From an uncultured Bacteroidales bacterium (GTDB taxonomy: Bacteria; Bacteroidota; Bacteroidia; Bacteroidales; VadinHA17), in NCBI GenBank assembly GCA_963849615.1, contig CAWKIC010000026.1:48-64047 (forward strand): a stretch of DNA of 64,000 nucleotides, read 5' to 3'. Positions 30,401 through 40,367 of the stretch are shown piece after piece (the stretch's first letter is position 1; each line of letters begins with the position of its first letter). Under the pieces are notes generated by a model. It searched no databases. It was not told where the DNA came from and was given only the letters and a program-made list of their open reading frames with translations. Both the position numbers and the translations under genes were made by a program.

Positions 30401-30559
30401 AGCATCTTTATAAAGCGCAAGATATTTCTTTACCAGTTCCTGATTTAGTAACCTGTTGAGAAATGCTTCAACAACACCTCTCTTATCTGCATCATCCTGC
30501 TGTGGTTCTGCAATTAATGCAAACAGCTGCATCAGTGTTTCAAGAATCCGCTCACTCAT
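27476..30559 (-). CDS. ABCG-type ABC transporter, ATPase fused to an ABC-2 permease, with N-terminal and C-terminal extra regions
   Basis: 1027 aa with Walker A GIMGASGAGKTTLL, signature ISGGQRKRLNISLEL and Walker B ILFLDEPTSGL. Multiple hydrophobic segments follow. Confidence 0.8.
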   Translation of the reverse strand: MSERILETLMQLFALIAEPQQDDADKRGVVEAFLNRLLNQELVKKYLALYKDAYEKAKEKLEKSTPERREGAIAIRITKLCKEINDQGQLDQEQRIVVVIQALEFCKTGKETASRLELGFIATLADGLNISAEEYDTIEKFVLNPFTQIPSSPNILIINGEKSKADSQAKFVTKELLKGQIWVLFVPSVNVYFMKFIRSGELTMNGQLLQENKVYPISQGSSIKGYNISPVYYWDITMQFLKEEFLSSRVVYEVNNLEYRFKTGEVGIHHMTFRGESGRMIGIMGASGAGKTTLLSVLNGINPPYDGEVLINGIPIHKEKEKIKGLIGYVSQDDLLIEELTVFDNLYYNARLCFGNLTEEEIVERVENVLKNLGVYEIRSMKVGSPLNKKISGGQRKRLNISLELIREPAILFLDEPTSGLSSRDSENILDLLKELSRKGKLLFVVIHQPSSDIFKMFDRLIILDTGGFMIYNGNPVDSIEYFKRSIGQANYNESECYACGNVNPEQIFNIVETRVFNESGEPTETRRISPGEWRRLYETETKKDNPEKGGPLPEINFKTPGKFKQFIVFIQRNVFSKIADLQYLLITLLEAPVLAFFLSFLIRYFDESVKNPEYNLIDNSNLPVYIFISVIVAIFMGLIISAEEIIKDRKILKRETFLNLSWNSYLMSKVFVQFGISAIQAFTFVIIGNVIMGIKGMTFEYWLVLFSCWASANMLGLVISDSFKTVVTIYILIPFLVIPQIILSGVLVKFEKLNPNISSPVTIPFYGEMITSRWGYEALAVKQFIDNKYERNFYVFDKSISEARFKKDYWNSKIKGNLDKIMIDLQKGSRNVDFDDDLLLVSNEIEKELVLLPEIKFENAAELTPEKITPEIVTGALEYIESVRRYYIKKYNVANNQRDNLVTMLESENKTGFRELKNNYFNISLEESVTAENDTQKTIEYNGELVQKLDPIYLNPGNKFIKAHFYSPTKRIFGRYAGTFVINVLVIWIMTLLLYLILYFRILKKILSLGEKLTGRKTKGTDRELM

Positions 30560-30663
30560 CGCATATCATAAAATTATAACAGACACACCGTCGAAACCAT
30601 TCGCTAAATCAGAAATAGAGACCTTTTTAGACTAATTTCGAGATCAGTTATTTTCCAGATGAA

Positions 30664-30681
30664 CTGTTAATTTATTAACAG
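30664..30681. promoter_or_regulatory. 18-bp near-palindrome upstream of the ABC transporter gene (candidate operator)
   Basis: CTGTTAATttATTAACAG, about 105 nt upstream of the start at 30559. No partner regulator is identified. Confidence 0.2.
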
Positions 30682-30736
30682 ATGAAGTTAACTATTCGAT
30701 TTTAACTAAATAATGCAAGTTTTCAACAATCAGGTA

Positions 30737-31324
30737 CTATTTTTTCCTGTTCTCAGACTTCTTCTTTTCAACAGAGAACCCGAATTTGCCTATGAAATCG
30801 CCGGTTTCAAAATATTTACCGTGTGAATAGCATATAGGATTAGCGTCAAATAACCTGAAAACGCCTGTCTTTTCATCAAACAGTTCTTTCTCCGCATTTA
30901 TGGCCACTACTTCTGAAATGAACATGTGGTGGGTTCCCAGTTCTTTTATCTCCTTTACAACACACTCTATGTTTACAGGTGATTCCATTATCATTGGCGC
31001 CTTAACTTTTGTCGCGGCAACAGGAGTAAGGCCCATTTCTTTGAATTTATCAAGCTCAGCCCCTGATTTAACACCGCACCAGTCAGTTGCAAAGGCCAGC
31101 TTTTTTGTCGTCAGGTTTATAACGAACTCGCCGTTTTTCTTTATGATCCCGTAAGAATGCCTTGACGGTCTGACTGAAATATAACACATCGGTGGATCGG
31201 TGCAAATCGTTCCTGTCCAGCTTATCGTAAGTATGTTATATTCTTCCGGTGTTGCTCCGCAGCTAACCATTACAGCGGGTAGCGGATAGATCATGGTTCC
31301 GGGTTTCCATAGAAGTTTGCTCAT
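30737..31324 (-). CDS. Flavin reductase-like FMN-binding protein
   Basis: 195 aa containing YPLPAVMVSCG...NILTISWTG..CTDPPMCYISVRPSRHSYGIIKKNGEFVINL. Confidence 0.75.
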   Translation of the reverse strand: MSKLLWKPGTMIYPLPAVMVSCGATPEEYNILTISWTGTICTDPPMCYISVRPSRHSYGIIKKNGEFVINLTTKKLAFATDWCGVKSGAELDKFKEMGLTPVAATKVKAPMIMESPVNIECVVKEIKELGTHHMFISEVVAINAEKELFDEKTGVFRLFDANPICYSHGKYFETGDFIGKFGFSVEKKKSENRKK

Positions 31325-31403
31325 TCGGCTTTTTTCTTTAAAGATACCTTTTTATTTAAACGCAAAGGTTCTCACCTATAAGGAATCTTAGGAACATTCC
31401 AGG

Positions 31404-31512
31404 ACCTCTCCCCAACCCCTCCCCCGGGTGGGAGGGGCTTAAAAACCAATAGTTTAAGTTCCTTTTATAAATACATGGAAGATTTGGGTTTAAGTCCCCC
31501 TCTCACACCGGG
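31404..31512. repeat. Left part of a family-J palindromic element interrupted by the mobile element
   Basis: cccccgggtgggaggggcttaaaaaccaatagtttaag...gtccccctctcacaccggg parallels 13910-13967. Confidence 0.8.
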
Positions 31513-32466
31513 CTACCCTTTATACACATCTTTTTAAATTCTGAATTTACTCTGTCGTTTTTAGTCAAGCTGGCTCTGAAAGAGCCAAATATGAATAACC
31601 CCTGGCGCAGCCAGTGGTGATGACCACCAAACACTTCCAGCTCTGAAGGAGCTGAATATATTAGTTATGGAAAAAACTTTTCATCCGGCGTTATTCCGTA
31701 GTCCAGGAGAAGTTTTCTATACTCTTCCTCAAATGATATTTTTTGATGATGCTCCTGTTGATTCTTTATGTATTCAATTAGCCTGTTTATATCCATATAT
31801 GAACAGGTAAAAGAACCATAACCAACTGCCCATCCATTAAATAAAGGAAATAAATTGCTTCTTTTCATCCAAATTGAGGAAGATACCTTGATGTCCTTCA
31901 CAAAATCTATAGGAGCAATAGATGGATTCATATCTGTAAGAATATGGAGGTGATTTTCAACTCCATTTATACGATACAGGTGACTCTTTTTTTGCCTGAT
32001 TATCCCTGTAATATAAGAATAGAGTTCATGAGCAGTATTCTGTCTGATTGTTGGCAGGCTGTCCTTTGTCCTGAAAACAATGTGATACAGATGTTGACGA
32101 TAGCTTGACATAAAGCAAAATTTTAAAATTAAAAATATAGCGAGAGAAGACTAAATTACTCATTTACTTTATTAATTCCAATTATATTAAGCCCTTTCAG
32201 GGCTTGAGATCAGAGGGTTAGCCGTACCCCCGGCTGGCGCCGGGGGTTATTCATATTAAGCCACTTCGTGGCTTTTAAAAGAAACTAAATTCACAAAACT
32301 TTTTCAATCTGCGAGATAAAAAATGGTGCCATCTGAGGCCTGTAAATTAACCCCTGAACTATTCTCAACGCTCTGTGAAAAACGTAGTCAGTATGGTGAA
32401 ATTGACTTCTTTCATAGCCGTATGAGATAATCTTTAATAATGTTCAGAGATGTGTATAAAGATTAG
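31513..32466. mobile_element. 954-bp element with Tn5/IS50-like 19-bp inverted ends and a 9-bp target duplication, carrying a Y1 (HUH) transposase gene
   Basis: IR-L at 31513-31531 is CTACCCTTTATACACATCT. IR-R at 32448-32466 reads CTAATCTTTATACACATCT as reverse complement (17/19 match). CACACCGGG occurs at 31504-31512 and again at 32467-32475. Confidence 0.8.
31665..32111 (-). CDS. IS200/IS605-family Y1 (HUH) transposase, RAYT-like
   Basis: 148 aa starting YHIVFRTK, with the HUH motif NHLHILTD and the C-terminal LIEYIKNQQEHHQKISFEEEYRKLL. It is flanked by an inverted pair of hairpin-containing sequences. Confidence 0.8.
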   Translation of the reverse strand: MSSYRQHLYHIVFRTKDSLPTIRQNTAHELYSYITGIIRQKKSHLYRINGVENHLHILTDMNPSIAPIDFVKDIKVSSSIWMKRSNLFPLFNGWAVGYGSFTCSYMDINRLIEYIKNQQEHHQKISFEEEYRKLLLDYGITPDEKFFP

Positions 32467-32500
32467 CACACCGGGAGAGGGGAATAAAGGGGGTGAGGTG
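32467..32500. repeat. Right part of the interrupted family-J element
   Basis: cacaccgggagaggggaataaagggggtgaggtg parallels 13960-13992. Confidence 0.8.
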
Positions 32501-32619
32501 TTATTGAGATCTTTATCCTTCCTTTTGCCATATTGACATTCCATCCCCTCGAAATAATGCCAAAACGGCAATTAATTTAGCTGGCAGAATAATTGTATCT
32601 TGAAACAAAAGTCATAAAT

Positions 32620-35232
32620 ATGAATCTGAATAACTTCACCCTTAAAGCCCAGGAATCAGTCCAGCAGGCGTTTAATATTGCCAGTGCAAAAGGACAGCAG
32701 GCAGTCGAATGTGCCCATTTACTTCACGGAGTGCTAAGCGAGGCTGAAAATACAACCGAGTGGCTGCTGGGAAAGATCGGTGTCAACACCAATGCTGTTT
32801 TGACAGACGTTGAGAAGCTGATTGATACATATCCCAGAGTAACAGGCGCTGAAACCTACCTGTCATCAGGCGCTTCCGAAGCTATTCGTAAAGCTAATGA
32901 CAATGCTGCAAGGATGAAAGACAAGTTTGTCACCACCGAGCATATCCTGATGGGCATTCTTGACACTTCGGATGAGGCATCCCGGATCCTTAAGGACAAT
33001 GGAGTTACAATGAAGGATCTCAGGTCGGCTGTAAGCGAATTGAGGAAAGGTGCAACTGTCGAAAACCCGACATCGGAAGAGTCATTTAATTCCCTTAACC
33101 GGTATGCCATAAACCTGAATGAACGTGCAAGGTCAGGTAAGCTTGATCCCGTTGTGGGGAGAGATGACGAGATCCGGCGTATACTTCAGATCCTCACACG
33201 CAGGACAAAAAACAATCCTTTAATGATCGGGGAGCCGGGAGTAGGTAAAACAGCTATCGCAGAAGGTATTGCACACCGTATAGTAAGGGGCGATGTGCCG
33301 GAGGACCTTAAATCGAAAACCATTTATTCACTCGATATGGGCGCCCTCATTGCGGGAGCAAAATACAAAGGCGAGTTTGAAGAAAGACTTAAATCGGTTG
33401 TGAATGAGGTTATTGCATCAAATGGTGAGATTATTCTTTTTATCGATGAAATTCATACCCTTGTCGGAGCCGGTAAATCGGAGGGGGCCATGGATGCGGC
33501 CAACATACTTAAACCTGCTCTTGCAAGGGGCGAGCTCCGGGCTATAGGAGCAACAACAATTAATGAATACCAGAAGTATTTTGAGAAGGATAAAGCCCTT
33601 GAACGAAGGTTTCAGGTCGTAATAGTTGACGAACCGGGAAGGGAGGACACAATCTCAATCCTGAGGGGGGTGCGTGAAAAATACGAAACTCATCACAAGG
33701 TTATAATCAGGGATGAAGCAATAATTGCAGCCGTTGATCTTTCAACACGTTACATTACCGATCGCTTCCTTCCTGATAAGGCGATCGACCTGATTGATGA
33801 GGCTGCTTCACGATTGCGTCTGGAAATGAATTCAGTTCCCGAAGAGATCGACGAAACCACCCGTGCAATAACACGCCTCGAAATTGAGAGGGAAGCTATA
33901 CGCCGGGATGGGGATACCATAAAGGAACAGCAGATCTCAAAAGAGCTTGCCGAACTGCAATCAAAAAAAGATGAGCTGATGGCTGCCTGGAAATCAGAGA
34001 AGGAGATGATTGAAAATGTTCAGGATAAAAAGGAACAGGTTGAAGCTCTGAGGTTTGAAGCAGATGAAGCAGAACGTAAGGGGGATTATGGTAAGGTCGC
34101 CGAGATCCGTTATGGAAAAATAATAGGCATGGAAAAGGAGATTTCCGGGCTGAAGGATAAAATTGAAAAGAAAAGGAGCAAGGGGTCATTGGTGCAGGAA
34201 GAGGTGAGGTCGGAAGAAATTGCAGAAATTGTTTCAAGGTGGACAGGCATTCCGGTGACAAGGATGCTTGAAAGCGAAAAAGAGAAACTCCTGAGGCTTG
34301 AAGATGAGCTTCACAAGAGGGTTGTGGGACAGGATGAGGCAATCAGCGCAGTGGCTGATGCAGTGAGGAGATCCAGGGCAGGACTTCAGGATCAGAAAAA
34401 GCCGGTGGGCTCCTTTATCTTCATCGGCTCAACGGGCGTTGGGAAAACTGAGCTTGCAAAGGCTCTTGCCGGATTCCTGTTCAATGATGAAAATCTCCTT
34501 ACCCGTATCGATATGTCGGAGTACCAGGAGAGACATTCTGTATCCAGACTCATAGGCGCCCCTCCTGGATATATCGGATATGAGGAGGGTGGACAGCTGA
34601 CTGAGGCTGTAAGGCATAAACCATATTCTGTCGTTCTGCTTGATGAAATTGAAAAAGCACACCCCGATCTATTTAACCTGCTTCTCCAGGTGCTTGACGA
34701 TGGCCGGCTTACCGATAACAAGGGACGAACTGTCAATTTCAGGAATGTCATAATAATAATGACCTCCAACCTGGGCTCTGACATTATCAGGGACAGGATG
34801 GAAAAATGGAAGAATAACATGCCTGAAGCCGAGACTGAACAGCTGAGGAAAGATATATTCATGCTTCTGAGAAGATCATTAAGACCTGAATTTCTTAACA
34901 GGGTGGATGAAATCGTTATGTTCAGACCATTAAATCTCGATCAGATAAGGGAAATAGTCAGAATTCAGCTCGATAACCTGAAGAAGATGCTTGAAAATAA
35001 CGATATGCAGCTTGAAGTCTCTGAGGAGGCAATCGACTGGCTCGCAAACCATGGTTATGATCCCCAGTCAGGCGCACGGCCTGTAAAAAGACTTATTCAG
35101 AAGACAATAGTTAATGAATTGTCAAAGGAAATAATTGCCGGTAAGATACAGAAGGACAATTCAGTCAAAATAGATGTTGTTAAAGACCATCTCACTTTTA
35201 CCGGCAGTAAAAGCCAGGAACTGGCTGTATAA
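32620..35232 (+). CDS. clpB: ATP-dependent chaperone ClpB
   Basis: Two AAA+ modules ([10 protein letters not shown] and [15 protein letters not shown]), the coiled-coil middle domain, and the N-terminal [17 protein letters not shown]. The track ORF begins at an upstream TTG at 32593. Confidence 0.95.
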   Translation: MNLNNFTLKAQESVQQAFNIASAKGQQAVECAHLLHGVLSEAENTTEWLLGKIGVNTNAVLTDVEKLIDTYPRVTGAETYLSSGASEAIRKANDNAARMKDKFVTTEHILMGILDTSDEASRILKDNGVTMKDLRSAVSELRKGATVENPTSEESFNSLNRYAINLNERARSGKLDPVVGRDDEIRRILQILTRRTKNNPLMIGEPGVGKTAIAEGIAHRIVRGDVPEDLKSKTIYSLDMGALIAGAKYKGEFEERLKSVVNEVIASNGEIILFIDEIHTLVGAGKSEGAMDAANILKPALARGELRAIGATTINEYQKYFEKDKALERRFQVVIVDEPGREDTISILRGVREKYETHHKVIIRDEAIIAAVDLSTRYITDRFLPDKAIDLIDEAASRLRLEMNSVPEEIDETTRAITRLEIEREAIRRDGDTIKEQQISKELAELQSKKDELMAAWKSEKEMIENVQDKKEQVEALRFEADEAERKGDYGKVAEIRYGKIIGMEKEISGLKDKIEKKRSKGSLVQEEVRSEEIAEIVSRWTGIPVTRMLESEKEKLLRLEDELHKRVVGQDEAISAVADAVRRSRAGLQDQKKPVGSFIFIGSTGVGKTELAKALAGFLFNDENLLTRIDMSEYQERHSVSRLIGAPPGYIGYEEGGQLTEAVRHKPYSVVLLDEIEKAHPDLFNLLLQVLDDGRLTDNKGRTVNFRNVIIIMTSNLGSDIIRDRMEKWKNNMPEAETEQLRKDIFMLLRRSLRPEFLNRVDEIVMFRPLNLDQIREIVRIQLDNLKKMLENNDMQLEVSEEAIDWLANHGYDPQSGARPVKRLIQKTIVNELSKEIIAGKIQKDNSVKIDVVKDHLTFTGSKSQELAV

Positions 35233-35313
35233 CTTGCAACCCGCAACCAGCCTTCGCCTCCCTCCGGTCGGCTATGGCTGGCAAAGCCCGCAACTCAGCA
35301 ACCTGGACTTTCG

Positions 35314-35649
35314 TCACCTGAACGACCGGATGCAGGCTTCGAGATCATCAAAAATCTCAAAGACGGTATGAAGGTGAAGGGTATGGAAGAGCTCTGTAGC
35401 CCTGGGCTCGGGATTAGCAAATTTTAACATGCCAAAATTGTTCTTGGCAGCCTTGTGAAGTGAGAGGAACCAGGCAAAGCCTGAACTGTCGATATATTCA
35501 ACACCTTTCAGGTCAATAATGACTTTGGAGTTGGGATTTTCGAACGCCTTCGTTACACCTTCCTTTATCTCATCAATTGTAGTAGCATTTATCTTGTTGA
35601 CCGTGAAAGTAATGATGTCAATCTTGCCTCTTCTTTCAATATTGATCAT
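35314..35649 (-). CDS. STAS-domain protein (anti-sigma-factor antagonist-like)
   Basis: 111 aa containing VIIDLKGVEYIDSSGFAWFLSLHK. Confidence 0.7.
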   Translation of the reverse strand: MINIERRGKIDIITFTVNKINATTIDEIKEGVTKAFENPNSKVIIDLKGVEYIDSSGFAWFLSLHKAAKNNFGMLKFANPEPRATELFHTLHLHTVFEIFDDLEACIRSFR

Positions 35650-35661
35650 TTAAGCCGGGTT

Positions 35662-36012
35662 TTATAAATTATTAATCAGAGTATCGAGCTCAACCAATGC
35701 CGATTTAGTGTCGTCTCCAAACCTGGCGATATACGATTCATATTCCTCCGGATCCTTTCCATCTTTTGCCTGAAGTTCAAAGTTTTTAAGTATTTCAGCA
35801 AGATCATCCATTCCCATGATTGCAACAGAGGATTTTGCTTTATGAGCCAGAAGACCAAGGGCCTGATAATTTTTATTTATAAGATGTGTTTTCATCTCAG
35901 AATACATCTCCGTTACCTGCTCCCTGAACATTATTACCAGCTCCTTAACAAGTTCGTTATCTCCACTCGCAACCATTTCAAGGTAGTCTGTCTTTATGAA
36001 TTTATAATCCAT
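35662..36012 (-). CDS. Hpt (histidine phosphotransfer) domain protein
   Basis: 116 aa. LLAHKAKSSVAIMGM fits the HxxKG/S phosphoacceptor helix pattern. Confidence 0.6.
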   Translation of the reverse strand: MDYKFIKTDYLEMVASGDNELVKELVIMFREQVTEMYSEMKTHLINKNYQALGLLAHKAKSSVAIMGMDDLAEILKNFELQAKDGKDPEEYESYIARFGDDTKSALVELDTLINNL

Positions 36013-36312
36013 GGTGAATAGGTTGATCCTTTTCTATACACTAGGTACTTAGTGTCTAACAAATATAGTAAAATTTTATCTCCTATCCGGCTATAAATAT
36101 CTTGTTAAAACCAATTCTTTTGTAATAGGGAAATATATTCTAATTTTATGCAGTTAAAATAATCTGGAAATCAGGAATTACCTGAACTCTGACAATAATC
36201 AGACTTAAAAACAAAAAACTTTGGGTTCTTTGCAGACCAGGTTGAGACTTCCCAGCGCAAAACCTTTTCGGTTAATGGATGCCGGGCAGATTATTTTTTT
36301 AATATATAATTG

Positions 36313-37419
36313 ATGAAGAACACAGCTTTTACAAAATTTCACGAGGAGGCAGGAGCCAAAATGGTTCCTTTTGCCGGTTACAACATGCCGGTTGAATATA
36401 CCGGTATCACGATGGAGCATATAACAGTACGTGAGGGCGTTGGCGTCTTTGATGTTTCACATATGGGTGAATTCTGGGTCACCGGTCCGTCCGCGCTTAA
36501 ATTCCTTCAGTATATAACTTCAAATGATGTATCCGCACTGGTTGACGGGAAAATCCAGTACTCATGTTTTCCCAACGGCAAAGGCGGTATCGTCGATGAT
36601 CTCCTGGTTTACAGGTTCAACGACGAAAAATATCTCCTTGTTGTTAATGCAGCAAATATTGAAAAAGACTGGAACTGGTGTGTTTTGAACGCCGGGAAAT
36701 TCGGGGTCATCACAGGCCGCGATCTTATAAACGCTTCAGATGAAATTGCCCAGCTGGCTGTTCAGGGCCCGCTGGCATTAAAGGCAATGCAGAAGCTTAC
36801 CGCTTCACCCATTGAGGATATGGAATATTACACCTTTAAGATAATTGATTTTGCCGGCATAAAGGATGTCATCTTCTCAGCTACCGGGTATACCGGGGCA
36901 GGAGGATGTGAAATTTATGTAAGGAATGAAGATGGTCCGGCTCTGTGGAAAGCTGTTTTTGAAGCCGGGAAGGAATTTGATATCAAACCTATTGGGCTGG
37001 GGGCAAGGGATACATTACGCCTCGAAATGGGATATTGCCTGTACGGTAATGATATCAACGACGAGACTTCACCGATCGAAGCCGGACTGGGATGGATCAC
37101 CAAATTTGCCGATTACAAGGATTTTATTGATAAAGATCTGCTGCTTAAGCAAAAGGAGGAGGGCGTTTCAAGAAGACTGAAGGGATTTGTAATGATCGAC
37201 CGGGGTATCCCACGGCAGCATTATGAGGTTGTGGATGCAAAGGGATCAGTAATAGGGGAGGTAACTTCGGGTACTATGTCGCCTATGATGAAGCAGGGCA
37301 TCGGAATGGCTTATCTTCCAAAAGGCTATTGGAAACCTGGCGCGGAGATTTTTATACGGATTAGAAATAAAGATCTGAAAGCAAAGGTGGTTGACCTGCC
37401 GATATATAATAAAGGTTAA
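36313..37419 (+). CDS. gcvT: Glycine cleavage system aminomethyltransferase GcvT
   Basis: [49 protein letters not shown]. About 368 aa. Confidence 0.9.
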   Translation: MKNTAFTKFHEEAGAKMVPFAGYNMPVEYTGITMEHITVREGVGVFDVSHMGEFWVTGPSALKFLQYITSNDVSALVDGKIQYSCFPNGKGGIVDDLLVYRFNDEKYLLVVNAANIEKDWNWCVLNAGKFGVITGRDLINASDEIAQLAVQGPLALKAMQKLTASPIEDMEYYTFKIIDFAGIKDVIFSATGYTGAGGCEIYVRNEDGPALWKAVFEAGKEFDIKPIGLGARDTLRLEMGYCLYGNDINDETSPIEAGLGWITKFADYKDFIDKDLLLKQKEEGVSRRLKGFVMIDRGIPRQHYEVVDAKGSVIGEVTSGTMSPMMKQGIGMAYLPKGYWKPGAEIFIRIRNKDLKAKVVDLPIYNKG

Positions 37420-37431
37420 GACCCTTAGAAT

Positions 37432-37506
37432 ATCTGCGTAAATCTGCGCGATCTGCGGGAGATAAGAAAAAATAGTTTCCCGCAGATTTCGCTGATTTTC
37501 GCAGAT
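37432..37506. repeat. Hairpin with arms built from tandem atctgcg-type oligomers, immediately after the gcvT stop (may act as a terminator)
   Basis: tatctgcgtaaatctgcgcgatctgcggga ... tcccgcagatttcgctgattttcgcagata. Confidence 0.75.
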
Positions 37507-37535
37507 AAAGTGAATAAAATAGTCCGATAATTAGT

Positions 37536-38267
37536 GATGATAAAAGAGATTACTTGAAACTTGTTTCTCACCTGCACTTTACGAAACTGAAGGGCACGAT
37601 GATTCAATAGTGGTAATTATCGATATCCTGAGGGCTACTTCCGCAATTTGCACGGCTTTTGAGAACGGGGCAGCTTCAATTATTCCTGTTGCAACTATAG
37701 AGGAAGCAAGGATTTATAAAAGCAAAGGATACCTGGTGGCTGCTGAGCGTGATGGTTATGTCCTTGATTTTGCTGATTTCGGGAATTCACCTTTCAATTT
37801 TACCCGCGAGAAAGTCGCCGGAAAGACTATTGTTTACAGCACTACCAACGGAACCGGGATTATTAACCAGGCCTCGAATGCCGGTAATATTGTAATTGGT
37901 TCCTTTCTTAATTTAAGTTCGCTTGTCAGATGGATTTCAGATCGTGACAAAAATGTAATTCTGTTTTGCGCCGGCTGGAAAAACAGGTTTAACCTTGAAG
38001 ATACCCTCTGTGCAGGGGCTATTGCAGAGCAAGCTGTTGGATACATCTTTATACTCAACAATATGCGATTCGACACTTGCTTCTGTTGACCTGTGGTCGA
38101 TGGCAAAAGACGAAATGATGACATATATTGAAAAGGTCGCACAACGCTCGAGGCTGAGGGATAAGGGGCTTGATGACTGCATTGAATTCTGTCTTACTCC
38201 TGATTTTACTGATAAAATACCGATAATACGGGATGGCATCCTTGTCGATGGCTCCTTACCGGTTTGA
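37536..38267 (+). pseudogene. comB: 2-phosphosulfolactate phosphatase family (ComB-like) with at least 2 frameshifts
   Basis: VVIIDILRATSAICTAFENGA...VAAERDG......GNSP....TIVYSTTNGT. The C-terminus continues in ORF 37995..38267. The N-terminal few codons lie in other frames, so the start is approximate. Confidence 0.55.
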
Positions 38268-38367
38268 TTCTTTGATGTTAAATAATTAACAGATAAAGTT
38301 GTATCCTTCGTAACATTAAAATAAAAAGGTTAAAGACAATTAAAACTTATAATTATCTATTCTCATC

Positions 38368-39439
38368 ATGAAAAAACACAACTTTTACGCAGGTCCTTCA
38401 ATTCTTCCACAGTACACTCTTGATAAAACGATTGAAGGAATCAGGGATTTTGCAGGTTCAGGACTGTCTGTCCTGGAGATATCGCACCGCAGCAAGGAAT
38501 TTGTCGCATGTATGAACGATACGATTGCCCTTGTAAAAGAATTGCTTGAGATACCGGCCGGATATCAGGTGATCTTTCTGGGGGGTGGCGCCAGTCTTCA
38601 GTTTGCAATGGTCCCGATGAACATGATGAACAAAAAGTCGGCATACCTGAATACGGGCGAATGGGCTAATAAGGCTCTGAAAGAGGCTAAATTATACGGA
38701 GAAGTTGTAGAGGTTGCCTCTTCAAAGGATAAGCTTTACAACTTTATACCAAAAAACTATACCGTTCCTCCGGACGCCGACTATTTCCATGTTACAACAA
38801 ACAACACAATTTATGGCACCGAATTGAAAAAAGATCCGGATGTTACGATTCCGCTTGTAGCAGACATGTCGTCCGATATCTTCAGCCGTCCTGTTGATGT
38901 GTCGAAATACTCCCTTATTTATGCAGGTGCACAGAAAAACCTGGCTCCGGCAGGAGTAACGTTGGTCATTATAAAAGATGATGTTCTGGGTAAGGTAACG
39001 CGTCCTGTTCCGACGATGCTGGACTACAGGACCCACATCAAGGCTGAATCAATGTTCAACACTCCGCCTGTCTTTGCCATATTTGCCGCACAACAGACAC
39101 TGCACTGGCTGAAGGATCTGGGTGGTGTTAAAGGCAATCCAGAAAAGAAATGTTGAAAAGGCAAAAATGCTTTATGATGAAATTGAGAGGAACAGGCTTT
39201 TTGTTCCTACTATCAAAGATCCGGACGACCGTTCGCTTATGAATATCTGTTTCGTTATGGCCGATGGTTACAAAGAGCTTGAAAAACCATTTGCCGAGTT
39301 TGCAAAATCAAGAGGGATGCTTGGTATTGAAGGTCACAGGTCTGTGGGTGGTTTCCGCGCTTCAACATATAATGCCCTTCCGGCAGAGAGTGTTAAAGCC
39401 CTTGTGGACACTATGAAGGAATTTGAAGCAGCATCATGA
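38368..39439 (+). CDS. serC: 3-phosphoserine aminotransferase; 1-nt insertion near 39131
   Basis: [14 protein letters not shown]...EISHRSKEF...[17 protein letters not shown]. The join is ...[25 protein letters not shown], ending [14 protein letters not shown]. Confidence 0.88.
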
Positions 39440-40359
39440 AGATACTTGTTGCAACCGAAAAAGCTTTTGCCCCGGTGGCTGTTAGACAGATACGTCTGAT
39501 TGTTGAGTCGGCAGGCTATCATTTGCGACTCCTTGAAAACTATAAGAGTACTTCTGAACTACTTTCAGCCGTGACTGATGCCGATGCTTTGATTGTGCGC
39601 AGCGATATTGTTAATCCTGAAATCCTGGATGCTGCCACAAAGCTGAAAATCGTGATAAGAGCCGGCGCCGGATATGATAACCTGGATCTTGATGCCTGCA
39701 CGGCACATAATGTGGTGGCAATGAATACTCCCGGCCAGAATTCAAATGCAGTCGCAGAACTCGTGTTTGAGTTAATGCTCTACCATGCACGGCTGGGATT
39801 TAGCGGTAAATCAGGATCGGAACTCAGGGGGAAGACAATGGGGGTACATGCTTTTGGGAATGTCGGAAAATTTGTTGCGGGAATTGCAAAGGGTTTTGGC
39901 ATGGATACGTATGCACACGATCCTTTTGTACCGGGTGAAGTAATAAGAGCCTCGGGTGTCAAGGTCTGCTGGAGGGCTGAAGAATTGTATTCAAAATGCC
40001 GTTATGTTTCACTGCATCTGCCTGCAAATGACATGACAGGTAAAACCATAGGGTACGACCTGTTAAAAAGAATGCCGGATGATGCCGTCCTTATCAATAC
40101 AGCCCGGAAGGAGATTATTAATGAAGATGATCTGTTGAAAATTTTTGAAGAACGTCCCGACTTCAGTTACCTTGCAGATATTGAACCCGATTGTAAAAAT
40201 GTTTTTGAGGAAAAGTACAGGGGAAGATATATTTTTACGGAGAAGAAGATGGGCGCCCAGACCGAGGAGGCTAACTTAAATGCCGGCGTGGCGGCGGCCC
40301 ACCAGATCGTTGACTTCTTCAAGACCGGAAATCAAAAGTTCAGACTGAACAATAAATAG
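39436..40359 (+). CDS. serA: D-3-phosphoglycerate dehydrogenase (2-hydroxyacid dehydrogenase family)
   Basis: The GxGxxG-like segment is [13 protein letters not shown]. The gene follows serC with an ATGA overlap. 307 aa. Confidence 0.75.
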   Translation: MKILVATEKAFAPVAVRQIRLIVESAGYHLRLLENYKSTSELLSAVTDADALIVRSDIVNPEILDAATKLKIVIRAGAGYDNLDLDACTAHNVVAMNTPGQNSNAVAELVFELMLYHARLGFSGKSGSELRGKTMGVHAFGNVGKFVAGIAKGFGMDTYAHDPFVPGEVIRASGVKVCWRAEELYSKCRYVSLHLPANDMTGKTIGYDLLKRMPDDAVLINTARKEIINEDDLLKIFEERPDFSYLADIEPDCKNVFEEKYRGRYIFTEKKMGAQTEEANLNAGVAAAHQIVDFFKTGNQKFRLNNK

Positions 40360-40367
40360 TAGATATA

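Noticed and set aside
31513-31531. Nextera/Tn5 mosaic-end adapter contamination (TTATACACATCT)
   Set aside because: The 19-mers differ from the adapter at 4-5 positions and occur as an inverted pair with a 9-bp target duplication inside a reconstructable repeat. One copy abuts a native Tn5-like transposase pseudogene. They are genomic IS ends, not library adapters.
32856-34862. Antisense ORFs inside clpB (32856..33110, 33896..34342, 34392..34862). Similar antisense ORFs lie inside rpsA, guaA, uvrA and the 1502-aa gene.
   Set aside because: They are fully embedded opposite strongly supported conserved genes and have low-complexity translations. They are typical shadow ORFs.
36013-36312. Glycine riboswitch upstream of gcvT
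   Set aside because: I could not find the paired aptamer features or conserved cores I would expect. Only a possible promoter block and an unremarkable leader are visible. A covariance-model scan would be needed to exclude it formally.
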